DNA of 62,963 bases, filler included, from Basidiobolus ranarum (Eukaryota), in the NCBI GenBank assembly GCA_040143965.1. It is 10 parts of 10 records of this genome, joined end to end, with 100 filler letters (N's around TTAATTAATTAA, not from the genome) between each part and the next. Parts side by side here need not be neighbours in the genome. Positions count along the whole stretch, not along the records: positions 31,578 to 37,783 come from JASJQH010008254.1; positions 37,884 to 44,085 come from JASJQH010008255.1; positions 44,186 to 50,383 come from JASJQH010008256.1; 7 more parts are not named here. The stretch is one strand, 5' to 3'. The stretch's first letter is position 1. The number at the start of each line of letters is the position of its first letter. Made by a program: the position numbers and the translations under genes. Under the pieces are notes generated by a model, which saw only the letters and a list, made by a program, of their open reading frames with translations, made no database searches and was not told where the DNA came from. This document shows positions 36,055-48,459 of this stretch, piece by piece.

Positions 36055-37674
36055 AACTCGACTCTGTTCCGTGAAGAAAGAAAGCGAATTGATAAAACCT
36101 ATAAACTATTAAACATCCTGGAGGATTAACCTGTTGATTCCTCATCGAGAAAGGTTAAATCAATTTAGCTATAAATTTGGAATAGAGGGAGTACAAAGGC
36201 ATCAACATCACTCGAATCGAACATTTGGCAAACCAATTGTGTTCCAAACATTTCCTTTTACCGCAATTTTATGAAGCTAATTTATATTCTCGGACAGCTA
36301 ATGATGGGAAACATCATCCGAGTAAAATAGAGTAGTCAAATGGAGAAATTGCAGAGCTACACCTTTATTAGGGATAGCCATAGATGCTTTTAATATCTCT
36401 ATATGGGTAAGCTGTTGGTTAAAAGTAATATTCCAATGCCAAGCATCAGCTACAAATAGTCCCTTATTAGCGTAATGTTGAATCAGCACAACGAATCTTC
36501 AAACTGGGTCACTATCAATGATTATGGTTATCGGCATCGAGATAAAATTGTCTCGATCTAGAAGCACATTCACTCTCAATCGAGGTTGTACTAAATCCGT
36601 TTCTAATTCTTTGATATGATCCCAATCCTCACAAGGAACTCTCTTGCTAGGCTGTCTGATGAACGAATCCGGGCCAGCCGGTAGGAAGTGGCGTTAGTGG
36701 CAGGTTTTGCCAACTGTTCTGTTGAGATTGCAATCCCTTTGCCAGCGCAATGTTGATGTTAATCATTATATTCTTTGCATTGGACCCCATACTCAAGGGT
36801 AGCTTCGTAATGCCTTGTGGTACAGAATACGCCCCCGATGGGTTCCTGTTAATGGGTTCCAACTGCTTTCGAAGGTTCTCAGTGTTTGAAGCCGTCAAGA
36901 GGGTTTGGAATGTAGACTACCAGTGCTGAATATCAACTTGTTACTCAAGAAAGATACAAAGAACTTTCAAGAAAACTACTATTCACTAGCGACCTCCACA
37001 CAGTGTATTTTTCATCGGTGCTCCCAAATCGATGACATATAGGATGGAAGTGTTTTATTATGCAGCAGAAGCACTGAACAGATCTTGTGGAACCATAAAA
37101 AAATGAATTCTACAGAAACGCATTAATTATTCTCGAAGGCTTCAAATTTTATGTATTGGATTGCTCGTGTGGCTAGTTTACCACCAAGTGCCACGAACTA
37201 CACTGATAGCCCGTCTCAATACTCAGTCATGGCTGATACACGTTCACTTCTTCCTAACTAGAACAATCTGGATCGCTGAAGCATTTACCACAGGATGTGT
37301 CGATAGAAATATTTATATAGGGAAGCTAGTTCCAAGTTGCAGATTGACACTAACCACGCTACCCAGAATCAATGCTTACCATTAGCTTGAATAAACCTTC
37401 GTCTTATAGTTGCTGATACCAGATATACTGAATGCCATCCTTGTCGATGTATCGCGTGCTAGTTGAGCTCAAAATAAGGATTATCGATAGTGTTACTCTC
37501 CTAGATTATTCGAATGCAGGAGCAGACACAACAGCGTTATTGTTGTTTAAACCTATTTTACTAGATCCTATTTATATGCTATATCATAACGATCTGCACC
37601 ATTATCGCACCTTGATTCTCCAAACGTTGATGATTTTCAACGAGTTGAACAACAATGGCCGCCATTGATTACCT

Positions 37675-37783
37675 GTTATATTCACTGCTCTTCAAGGATT
37701 CGAGTATTATAATGCACCATTTACTTTTAGTGATGGAGTATTTGGTTCTTGTTTCTATATGGCTACTGGTTTCCATGGATTCC
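37675..37783 (+). pseudogene. cox3: Mitochondrial cox3 fragment (NUMT or chimeric join)
   Basis: [36 protein letters not shown] is the conserved Cox3 segment, with AT-ending codons; it starts abruptly after nuclear-type sequence. Confidence 0.9.
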
Positions 37784-37883
37784 NNNNNNNNNNNNNNNNN
37801 NNNNNNNNNNNNNNNNNNNNNNNNNNNTTAATTAATTAANNNNNNNNNNNNNNNNNNNNNNNNNNNNNNNNNNNNNNNNNNNN
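37784..37883. other. Artificial contig linker
   Basis: N44-TTAATTAATTAA-N44. Confidence 0.99.
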
Positions 37884-38031
37884 CATTTCTGCGAGACACA
37901 CCACGTTCGTACTCGTTATCATACTTATCTTGCTCATACTGGCGGCCATAACGAGAGTTATTTTGTTGATCACTTCTGCGAGTCAAACCTCTTTCGAAGC
38001 GGCTTTGTGATTGATGTTGGTTAGAAGGCAT
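37884..38031 (-). CDS. Hypothetical protein, 5' fragment
   Basis: MPSNQHQSQSRFERGLTRRS...YERGVSRRN is open into the linker and has an ERGxxRR repeat; family not identifiable. Confidence 0.5.
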
Positions 38032-39060
38032 GTTAAGAAATATTGGTTTTACTGGTTATCAAATGAATTAGTATTCAAGTGTAGTGAGATATTTACTCGC
38101 TGCTCCGTTTTATAACAAGAAGTGGCTTGGACGACCGACACGTGAAGGCTAAGCCACCACCTCGATGGATTACTCCTAAGGCAATACGCAATAATCTCTC
38201 AAAATTCTTCATATATTTTAGCATGCATGACCCTATTTCTAATATCTTCCCATTATTCAAATTGCGGTATCCCATCATAACATATGAAGGGTCCATGATT
38301 ATCGATTCTTTGTTAATGATTCATGATATGAATAGCTTGATTTTATTTAACACTGGATACGAAAGATAGAATCAAAACTCATGTATTTAGAGATCTCTTA
38401 CAGTGTATATCCGTCAACGCATAGATATTTGATTCAACATACCGGTTCAGGTGAAGTCCGCACCCAAAAGATCCAGTTTCAAGTTAACATAAGGGTTCCT
38501 TTATCTTTTAAACAATCAACGCATTTCAGACTTGTATTAGAAGGTTTTATATAATATTCTGGGTTAGCTCTTCCTAATGCATCGCCAACATTCATTTATC
38601 TTCTAGCAGGCCATGAATTTACACAATGCCAAGGTGAGGTTAATTAAATATCCTTTTGAAACTTAATCTGACATATTCACTTCGGTTTAACCGATCAAGT
38701 ATAGGAATATATGGCAAATTAAGAGGAAATGAGAGTAACTTTTCAAAGAGAATCATTCTGGTATTAACGGTGCGTTATTTTATCTGCTGAAGGTTGATCG
38801 TCTAAGCCAATGAACTTAGTAGGAGCTCTCCAAAGCATCAGCTTTATGAATATCAAACCTGCCGATATTAGAAGATACTTACAAAAAGTAAATTCATGGA
38901 GAAGCTTAACGTGTGGTTGAGTAAACTTACCTTTTGAAGATTGGCTAGTATGCTTTTAGTACTTCAGTGAATGATGCTGCTTGAGATATATTTGGACGAA
39001 AGTTGAGGTGGTGTGCATATAATTGATTTCTTTGGTACGTACTATCAAAACTAGTAACTT

Positions 39061-39388
39061 GGTTGGACAATTCAAATTATGACCTCTCTACGTATGGGTC
39101 CATGGTTGGACGTACTAAAGCAATCGTTCATCGATGCCATAGAAGATGAGCCAAGATTCCGATGGTATGTTGCTCACGATGGCTCGATTGCTAATACGAT
39201 TGGTATCACTGAATTACTGTGACCTGGTTGGGGAACGAATATTGTGTTTGAAATGTGGAGATCAAAGATTCGTTAGAGTTCTATACAATGGTCAACCATT
39301 TCCTTCAAGACAAGAAAACCGGGACTAGGTGCCATTAGATGAATTCTACAAGAGATTGGATCGAGTCATCCCCACTGGTCGAATGTAA
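39061..39388 (+). pseudogene. Histidine acid phosphatase C-terminal relic
   Basis: LRMGPWLDVLKQSF...RFRWYVAHDGSI...L*PGWGTNIVFEMWR, then frameshift to RFVRVLYNGQP and VPLDEFYKRL; retains the HD motif but has a stop and frameshifts. Confidence 0.75.
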
Positions 39389-39512
39389 CGCTAACTAAAG
39401 CTCTAGTTGAGATAGCGGTAGCTGCAATGTAAGAGTGGATTATCTATTAAATTCCACTAACATTATCTCGTTTATAAATATGTATTGCTGCTAGTAAGGA
39501 ATCTTAATGTAT

Positions 39513-39758
39513 CTATTTTGGAAAGATATCCATCATTATTCCGGTCAGTGTTTTATAAATACAAGGATTGAGTACTTTTACCACTGCCACTTCACCCCCG
39601 TGAAAGTGCCCGTGTGTATATTGCTTACGTATGAAATCTTTCATTGATTGCGGCAAGTCCAAACAGGAGATATAACAACTCGGGGGCAGTAAAGTTCTTA
39701 AATTGTTTGGATGTTGTTGATAATTGAAAGCTATTTCTGTGCAATCCAAGAGAGACAT
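39513..39758 (-). CDS. Possible 81-aa hypothetical protein
   Basis: TATATAAG ~100 bp upstream, AAGATGTCT start context, HGHFHG motif; no family recognised. Confidence 0.3.
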   Translation of the reverse strand: MSLLDCTEIAFNYQQHPNNLRTLLPPSCYISCLDLPQSMKDFIRKQYTHGHFHGGEVAVVKVLNPCIYKTLTGIMMDIFPK

Positions 39759-40364
39759 CTTGGTAGTGAAATTCTTTAGTGTGTTATAGTTGTCTTTTAT
39801 GGTCCTGAGTCTTTGATATGTATTTACCCTTTGTACTCTATTTTTCCTATTTAATCTCTTATATAGTGGTATTGTGTAACCTGATACTATATATATACTA
39901 GAATATCCCCTGACCATTCGTACATGTTGATATATATATATATTGATAAAATAGAGCACTGTTGATTTAATGATGTAATATTAGAGCATGATGTATACAA
40001 TAAAAGCACTCACCAAGTTAAGTTGCACTTGACGATCAGTGGCAGTATTCAGTTGACTATATTGCCTACTACGAAGCAAGGAATTCGTCCAACGTTGAAT
40101 TACTGAAGCTGAGCTCTTTTTACATATGGTTGCTTCAAAGTAGTATGTTTCTTGTCTCGTATATACACCAACAGCCTGACTCTAATTTCAACAATGATGA
40201 AAGATTTATTAACATGCACTGTTTTGGATCCATGGGCTACAAATATGTCCAACTCATGAACTGCACTTGGTAATGTATAACTTAATTTGAGGATGACGAA
40301 GCAATATTGAATATTTATATGCTTCGATAACTACATACGCATTATGGCCAAAATAAAACCACAA

Positions 40365-41471
40365 TCATTGGATGGTGACTCTGCCTGATGGATAAATTGC
40401 TGTCACAGTCTGTGTTTGGTCATCAATATCCAGGATTTCGAGAGCTCCAAAGTGAGAACCATAATATCCTGATATTCCCACGTCAATATCAAGATAACTG
40501 TTGTTGCATCGACTCAAAATACGACCCGTAGATGACTGTTGAGTATGGCCAGATACTAACCGTTTAACCTTCACAAATCATAAGTAAGTATTCATCCACC
40601 GGACTGCACTTAATTGATAGTTACCTTTAAAGTATTCATGACTTGCTTTACCATAGCACAAGCCTCATCGATGGTTATTTCATTGTCACCATCCTCCAGT
40701 CCGCCGAAACCTCTCCACCAAACGGGCCCTTGGGTTTTAAATAGAAGGTCATCATACTTAGCCGCAGCTATGTTACTGTGTACGAGTGTATTCATGCTAG
40801 CGATGCCTTTACTTGCCCAAGTTGGGTGTAAATCACCATGGGTGAATACAGTGTGACCACGTTGGACAAAGGTGATGTTGAAGGAAGACTGAAGGAATTG
40901 TCCTATCCAGCCAGATGAGACGTTCCAGGCGGCTTTGCGCGCATCTTTGCCTCCAAATGTTGCAATCTCCTCTTTAGTCACATATCTCCAGTCTCCTTTG
41001 AGATTCATAATTTCGTGATTTCCAAATATGTTAACAACCTAATGATAAGTAACTTAGTCTGCATTCCACAACAATGGCACAGCATGACTATCTTACCTGA
41101 CCACCAGCTTGAGCTGCCTGAGTTCTTAACTTCTGGAAGTATTTATAAAGTACGATGGTGTCAGGGCCACGATCCACAATATCTCCCTACACATGTAATC
41201 ATTAGTATTGGTTTCCCCAAGAGCATAGGGTCAAACTTACTGTCTGCACTAATGTGTTGGTGCCCATGATCCAGTCACCGTTGGAATTTACGACTCCAGC
41301 CATTTGAAGTACACCCAGGGCATTTTTGTAGTCACTGTGGATATCACCAATTGCAATAGTACGATGAACATAGCTCACAGCGGGGGCAAGGGATACAGTT
41401 TCGACAGCGTTTCCGAGAGGGGCGCCAAAAGCCAGAAGGCACAGATTACTCAATAGCAGTAGACGATTCAT
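40365..41471 (-). CDS. Secreted calcineurin-like metallophosphoesterase (Shewanella-like phosphatase type), 4 exons
   Basis: Exons 41471-41241, 41186-41097, 41038-40625 and 40568-40365. Signal peptide; GDIHSD, GDIVDRGPD, GNHEIMN, FTHGD, GPVWWR, SGHTQQ, IDVGIS. Confidence 0.92.
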
Positions 41472-43991
41472 TTTTCGAAGAACACAATTAAGGAATAAGG
41501 CCAACAGAAACATTTTATACGTTTTCTGATGATCCGGTAGTATGGTTACCCACTGAGCTATGTAAGGAGTCCCTGTACTTCAACGGCATTCAGTAGTCAC
41601 CCCCTCCCTAGCTATAGGACTTTGTTTAGGCGGTAGGTTACCTCAATTTCGACCCAGTGCAAAACAAAATTCTTGTCTTATAGGATAGTTAACTGTGTGC
41701 ACACCCTCAAAGCCTACTCTTACGCAGGTTAATATGCTGTCGCACAGAATGCGGGTAACTGATTCCAATACACGGATTGTTATCTTTTGCAGTTCCTAAT
41801 CTCACGCTTTCATTTTATAGATTTTGATTCGACGAAGCAATCATTGGTGATTGGTACCCCCAATTTTAGAAAACGAACGCGCTCTATTCTATGGCTTATC
41901 CAACCCACCCGAATACATGAACTGTAACTAAGGATATCAATAGATTGGGAATACAGAAGTTTCACTTTCCGACTTGGAGAGTTTCCGCATCGAGGTAGCG
42001 ATCGCCAGTGAAATGAATCTCGGCTATGGCCGATCTGTGTATTTGGGATTTCTGATGAAGGCGGCAGTTTCATAATCAGCTCTTAGGATCACACCCCCAT
42101 CGATATTTGTTTACTTCGCCCCAGAGGAGAATGAATTAAAGGAGAGGTGTGGATTGTAAGTTCACCTCCTCACCACTGAAAGTGCCACATTGAGCCTCCT
42201 AGTTCCAATCGAAACAACATGGCGTAGAGCCAAGCCGTGCTATTGGAATAGAAATGACAGAGGTTCAAAGGGCTACCAATATATATCACTAGCCACTGGC
42301 ATATTTAGTAACCAGGCGCATATGGAACCCTAGGTACTATTCAGTACTCCATGTCGTATATATCTTGCTGTAGACAATTCTTGACGGGTAGGTTTATATT
42401 CAGTATTAGCCAAGTACTCGTTCTGAAGAAGCTCGTATGAAACCGAGCAGCGAGTGACATTGACCGTACTCAGATCACAATCCGAATAGTGTCGGCCGTC
42501 ACTCGCCCTCAAATCAACCTATCAGAAACTATGTGCTAATTACGCATCCCAGTATTGGACGCTTGAATGCCAATGGTAAGCTTTCATACTCGTGAGTACA
42601 CGTGCTGATTTTGAACATAGTTGGCCTCAAGCGATCTTGACTGCTTAGAGTCTTTGTTATAGGTTGCTGATCAGTATATCTGAAGCAATCAGGCTAAATA
42701 ATTTCATCCCCACCGATCGTAAGCTAATAGACAAAGTGACTAACTTGGGTTTCTACCAATCGAGTACTTCGACTGAGTATGGCCGATCGACATCATTGGA
42801 TTCCGGAATATACAACTTCTGAACCAGTATGGAGCATACACATGTGATAAGCAGCTTCTCAATCCATAAGAGCGTAGAGGATGGGCAGCCCATCAAGGTT
42901 GCGTTGTCACGTCGGACATTAACCAAATTGCCGTCTACTTGTAGTAACAATGGTATACTTTGCATCTTGCTTTTAACTAGTATTGAAGTTTTGGGCTTAC
43001 CAAATTGCCATATGAAAGTGCTGAATTCAGAATGTGTGAAAAGTAACGTTTCATTAAATAGCTATATTATTTGACCTCTATACGATGTTGACAATCGCTC
43101 TCAAGTCATCCAATCAGGTTCCAGATAAGTATTCGGATGATTATAATTCATGTTTCTCACATTTATCGTACTACATTCTCACTGCGTTAGGAAAAGGCTA
43201 ACATGTATTCCCACAGAAGTCCAAGTATGGCATTTTTATAGATATAGCATGTTGAGATCATAGATCTGCAGATCTTTCCTTTTAACTTAACAATGGTTTG
43301 AAGGTTGTTCGCGTTAAGCGTTAAGGACTTACAAATAAACTAGAATCTACAGATTTCCGCCAGACTGAGTAATCCATATTGGAATGAGCTTATCTATATT
43401 TATCTTAGAAAGATTTGTAGGATTATTGATGAGTCGATGACCACAATATATGAGTGGGTTCCAATGGACTTGGTGCTTCGGTGGGTACAGTCTATATGTT
43501 AGCAATATTGATGTCCAATGCTGTTGGATGTCTGTCCATCAAATGCAATTAACACACTTTCAGGTCGAGGCAATAACCTCACCCATCATATATTATTCCC
43601 TTACTAGTATTAACCTGACTTGTAAATTTCTGGGTGGGTATGTTCCCATCCGAGGTTTAAATTTGTCACATGTAAATATTGCCACGCATTTATTAAGTAC
43701 CTTTTGATCATTGAAATTTTCCAAACCAAGTTATAGAGCGAAATAATTCTCGGTGGAGTAAGGGATATCTAATCACAGTTTCACATTAACGTTACTCATG
43801 TGTTATGGAAGCAGTACAGAGATGTATAATGGGCGCATACTATTAGTTTACCAAGAAGAGGAGGGGGAGGACCACTGTGTTTTTTGCGTGCTGTAGGACC
43901 TCTTCTGTACCAAGGTAGCCACTACTATATAAAGAACTCATGTGTCCTTTCTATGAATACATCAGTCTAGTATCCAGGCTTAAAAACTAGA

Positions 43992-44085
43992 ATGGGAGTA
44001 TTGGTAAAGGTCATCAGTAGTTTTGTGTTGATTGCAGGCTTATTCAACATAGGAGAGGTCAATGCCGCCAAAGACATTTCTCAGT
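43992..44085 (+). CDS. Secreted protein, 5' fragment
   Basis: MGVLVKVISSFVLIAGLFNIGEVNA/AKDISQ is signal-peptide-like; TATATAAA at ~43926; truncated by the linker. Confidence 0.55.
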
Positions 44086-44185
44086 NNNNNNNNNNNNNNN
44101 NNNNNNNNNNNNNNNNNNNNNNNNNNNNNTTAATTAATTAANNNNNNNNNNNNNNNNNNNNNNNNNNNNNNNNNNNNNNNNNNNN
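44086..44185. other. Artificial contig linker
   Basis: N44-TTAATTAATTAA-N44. Confidence 0.99.
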
Positions 44186-44885
44186 CTAGGTCAGGAATAC
44201 TCTGCCACTCCTGATGCACAAAAGAAGATCAACAACTGGGTGCACTTTTCTCCATGGTAATGGAGCCATTGCTTGGAATAGTAAGAAGCAACCAACAATA
44301 GCACTTTGCACTACAACAGCAGAGTATATGGCTGCCTCTGCTACTACACAAGAAGCTATGTGGTTAAGGAAGTTAATTGTAGACTTAGGACATATGCAAA
44401 AATGTGCTATTACTGTATTTGAAGATATTCAAAGTTGTACTTCATTAGCTAAAACCCTACATTTCATGCTGGAACCAAATATATAGATATTAGGCATCAT
44501 TTTGTTAGAGAGGCAATAAAGAAAAATATAATTGAGCTTGTCTATTGCCCTACTGAAGATGTAATAGCTGACATCTTAACTAAACCTCTACCTAAAGCAC
44601 AATTTGAATTATTAAGATTTAAGTCAGGTTTTAGAGAAATACAAAATAACTAGTTGAGTGGGAATATTGAAATTATATATATAGCAACTCAGTATTTAGT
44701 AGTTAATTTTTTCATATTCTGATTATTTAGCACTCAATTCTGTCATTCATAAATGTCTGTTTATTGCTCTAATTGATTGAAATAGCAATTAGCTCACTTT
44801 TACCAATTTTCACTATGTTCTTAAAACTTCTCCAAATCACTTTGAATTTTCACCCATGCTTAACAGGCAAGTTTGTTATGATATA
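44186..44885 (+). mobile_element. Copia RNase H end, PPT and partial 3' LTR (LTR from 44665)
   Basis: RRSTTG...IAWNSKKQPTIALCTTTAEY, IDIRHHFVRE, ADILTKPL; PPT GAGTGGGAA at 44656. Confidence 0.92.
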
Positions 44886-44889
44886 CTCC

Positions 44890-45268
44890 CTTAATAGCTA
44901 GCTTGGGGCTCATATTCTGATAAAAGTGTTCAGGGGATTTGGAAGTTTTTGGACAAGGTTTGGATTTGTAAATTGGACACTGAAGTTCTATTGAATTGAA
45001 TATGTCCAATTTATAGTTTGCTATGAAATAGAACTATTGAGCATGCTTTGATCATTACAAACATGCCTGTTAAGCATGGGTGAAAGTTTGAGGTTATTTA
45101 GAGAAGTTTTGAGAAAATAGGCAAAATTGGTTAAAGCAATCCAATTGATACTAGTAGCAATTAGAGCATTACATGCACATTTTTAAATGGCAGAATTGAG
45201 TGCTAAATAATCAGAATATGAATAAACTAAGTACTAAATAATGAGTTGCTATTTATCTAAATTGAACA
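44890..45268 (-). mobile_element. Copia LTR (44918-45268) plus PBS-like remnant, minus strand
   Basis: TG...CA termini (TGTT...TATCA on the minus strand), followed by ATATGAGCCCCAAGCTAGC as after the LTR ending at 46924. Confidence 0.85.
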
Positions 45269-46289
45269 ATTTTGGTTGTTGAATCCATCTAATTGGAATT
45301 CAAGATAGTAAGTTAGTTGACCAAAATTAGATATTTTGAATTAGGCAGATATGCTAGATTTGGTTCTCCCCAAAGTCATCAAGTTATTGGTTGCTATAAT
45401 TGGTTTATCTTCATATCAGGCTAGTGAAGTTAGGTTTTCAATTGGGCTTGAAGTAGAAGCTATAGTTGCCACTCTTTTGGAATATGAGTGTTTCAAAAAA
45501 GCTGCTATCTTGTTATTCCAAACTTTTTTAGATTGTTTATACCACAGAGTGTTTTCTGCAGTCAGCAGGGTTTTTCAAGGTTTTCTGGGTCCAAATCTCC
45601 ATGTGGTAGGTCCTTATCAATTTCCTTAGCAAGGATACCATGCAACAAGCAGTTTGAACACTGATTCAACACTTAGTAAACTGTATATAGTTGAAATTGG
45701 AAAAAAATAGTTCTAAACAGATTATACATCTCAACATGAGCAAAAGTTTCTGTTTAATCTGTTCTTAATGTTTGGCAATAGCCTTGGGCTACTAGTTTGG
45801 CCTTGTCCCTCTCTGTTAAGCTATCAGAGTTGCGTTTAACTATCAACACTAGGTGGCAGCCAGTTAAATTTCTATCCCCAATTAAATTGTTAAAATCAAA
45901 GCTTGATTATCAATTGAAACCTGGTATGCATCAACCATTGCAGATCTCACATGTTTTGTGCAACAGCCATTAAGGGCATACTCTACAGTCCAGGGCTCAT
46001 ATACCTCAGCTGTGCAGGATTTACACCCATTTCTAGGACTCATGCATATAATATTTGGGCCAGTTCTGATCTAATTTGATCTCCTGGTTAGGGATAAACG
46101 TACTTCAGCTTGTAGCATTGTCAATGGTAGTTCAATAGGCAGGATTACACTGAGGGGTGCAAAGTAATGCCATTTTCTTCATTGTTGTTGTTTGAAATAT
46201 CATCAAATAATGGATCAGGAGAAAACTGATTGTTTCTTCCTCAGATGTAGTATTAGGTGAAAGTTCTTAATAATAACTCAACATATCAT

Positions 46290-46570
46290 CCCTGGACTTG
46301 ATTAGGTGTCCATTATTGTTACATATTTTCTTAATTATAGTTCCAGCTTAAGTTTCTACAAGTAGTTAAAAGTCTCTAAACATAGAGAGAGCTTATTGTT
46401 TTCTCAATATGAAGTAGACTCAAGAGTATCTTGTAACATCATCATTAAATATGATTAAATATCCTTTTCCACCAGACAATAATGTTTGTGTATTTCAACA
46501 CAGATCTGAATGAATAAGATCCAACTTTTGTCCAGGTTTGATTAAACCCAAGCTTTTGCACAGTTGCCAG
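46290..46570 (-). mobile_element. Degenerate Copia integrase core
   Basis: LDLIHSDLC...SGGKGYLIIFNDDVTRYS*VYF...FRDF*LLVET with stops. Confidence 0.85.
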
Positions 46571-46580
46571 GCTTGCTTTG

Positions 46581-47983
46581 CATTAAATTAGAAAAATAGC
46601 AACTAATAATATAGAAGCTAATTTATTCATATTTGATTTATTTAGCATTCATTATGTCATTCAGCCATATGTATATATTGCTCTCACTGATACAAATATC
46701 AGTTGTATCACTTTAACCAATTTTCTCTATTTTCTCAAAACCTCTCCATATCACCTCAAAATTTTACCCAGGCTATGCAGGCATATTTGTTATGAGCTTT
46801 TCCAATAGCTCTATCTCATAGTAGCTCTAAGTAGAACAAATTCTATTCAGTAAAACCTAAGTGTCTACTTCATAAATCCAAATCTTGTCCTACAGGCTTC
46901 CAAATCTCCTACACACTTTTATCATGTTAAGAGCCCCAAGCTAGCTGTTGAAGGAATATCTACCAGCACTATTACCAGCAATTTTTGCATCCACAGAGAA
47001 GTTAAATGGTGAAAACTTTCACCTTTGGAAGTATTAGAAGCAAATGGTGTTAGAAGACAAGGATCTTTGGGGATTTGTTGTAGGAGAAGAACTGGAGCTA
47101 AAGAGACCTCTAGAAGCCATCCTTGTCATTCACAAGAAGCAGTGGAAAGCTCTCTCAACACTTTGTCTACATCTCAGACTCTCATTTGAGGCACATGCCC
47201 TATGCAAAAAACATCCAAACTCTTAGAAATCACTTGAGGGATTCTATAAGACTATAAGTCTAGCAAATAGATTACAACTTAGACAAAAATGTTTCTTTAT
47301 TCAAAAAAATTTGGTTGATCATGTAGCCAATTATATAAATTGGATCCAAGCTATGGCCAATTAGCTAGAATTCATTGAAGCACCTCCAAATGTAGATGAC
47401 ATTGTCATGACATTATTTGGGAGCTTGCTAGTTGAGTTTGGGAACTTAGAGTTGCCCTAGAATCAAGATTGGAGGTATTCATAATGGAATATTATGGAGC
47501 CAGGCCTTTGAATGAGAAATTAAGGAGATATAAATATAAGTTAAATACAGCAAATCAAGCATCTTTCAGAGCTGCAAATGTCAAAAGGCATTATGAATAG
47601 TGCCCATAATAGGTAATCAATCATTTGCAAGTATTGCAAGAACACATCCCAACTAATGAAAGATTGCAGAAAGAGGATTTTTGCCAAAGAGTCAAAATTA
47701 GAACAAGCAAATCAAGTAAGCACTGATAGGGATCATCTGAATCTGCCATATTAGTAACCACTCTGAGAGACACAGAAATGTGGTACAAAGATTCAGAAGC
47801 TTCCCATCATATGGCGAACAAGATTGATTAGTTTTTCAGCTTGAAACCAATTCAAATAGGGAAAGTCTATTTAGGTGATGACTCTGCAATAGATGCAGCT
47901 GATAAAGGCACAGTCGAGCTCAATTTCCACCAAGAATTAGCCACACCATCTGAAAAATTGGATGATGTTCTCAATGTACCAAT
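46581..47983 (+). mobile_element. Copia 5' LTR (46581-46924), PBS and degenerate gag-protease
   Basis: LTR ends TTTTATCA, then TGTTAAGAGCCCC; EKLNGENFHLWK...LEDKDLWGFVVG (gag) and WYKDSEASHHM (protease); many stops. Confidence 0.88.
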
Positions 47984-48335
47984 TGATAAAAGTGTTTAGC
48001 AGATTTGGAAGTGTTTTGGACAGGTTTTGGATTTGAGAATTAGACACTTAAGTTTTATTGAATTGAATATGTATTACTCATATTCTGCAACAATATAGAA
48101 CTATTGCACATGCTTAGATCATAACAAACATGCTTGTTAAGCATGGGTGAAAATTTGAGGTGAATTGGAGATGTTTTGAGAAGATAGTAAAAATTGGTAA
48201 AAGTGATCTAATTGATATTTCTAGTAATTAGAGGAATAGGCACACATTTTGGAATGGCAGAATTGAGTGCTCTATAATCAGAGTATGAATAAACTAACTA
48301 CTAAATAATCAGAGGCTATTTACCTAATTGCAAGA
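47984..48335 (-). mobile_element. Copia LTR copy, minus strand, interrupting the preceding element
   Basis: Collinear with 44918-45268 (TGATAAAAGTG...GTTAAGCATGGGTGAAA...GGCAGAATTGAGTGCT). Confidence 0.85.
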
Positions 48336-48459
48336 GATACTGTCTCAGAATCAGCTGTTGTTGCTGATGGGATATACATTAAAGACTACCCTAACATAGG
48401 TGGTGTCTTTGTTCTATAATATCCTTCTCATGCCATGACAGAAACATTCAAAGAATGAT

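Noticed and set aside
36298-36900. Possible pseudogene on the minus strand upstream of the MFS gene
   Set aside because: Reads protein-like in patches, but I cannot assign any family.
39220-39222. TGA at a Trp-like position suggesting an alternative genetic code
   Set aside because: The same relic has frameshifts, and intact genes here use TGG for Trp and TGA as stop; a TGG>TGA mutation is simpler.
41800-43700. Scattered 60-90 aa ORFs
   Set aside because: No motifs, consistent strand or splice structure.
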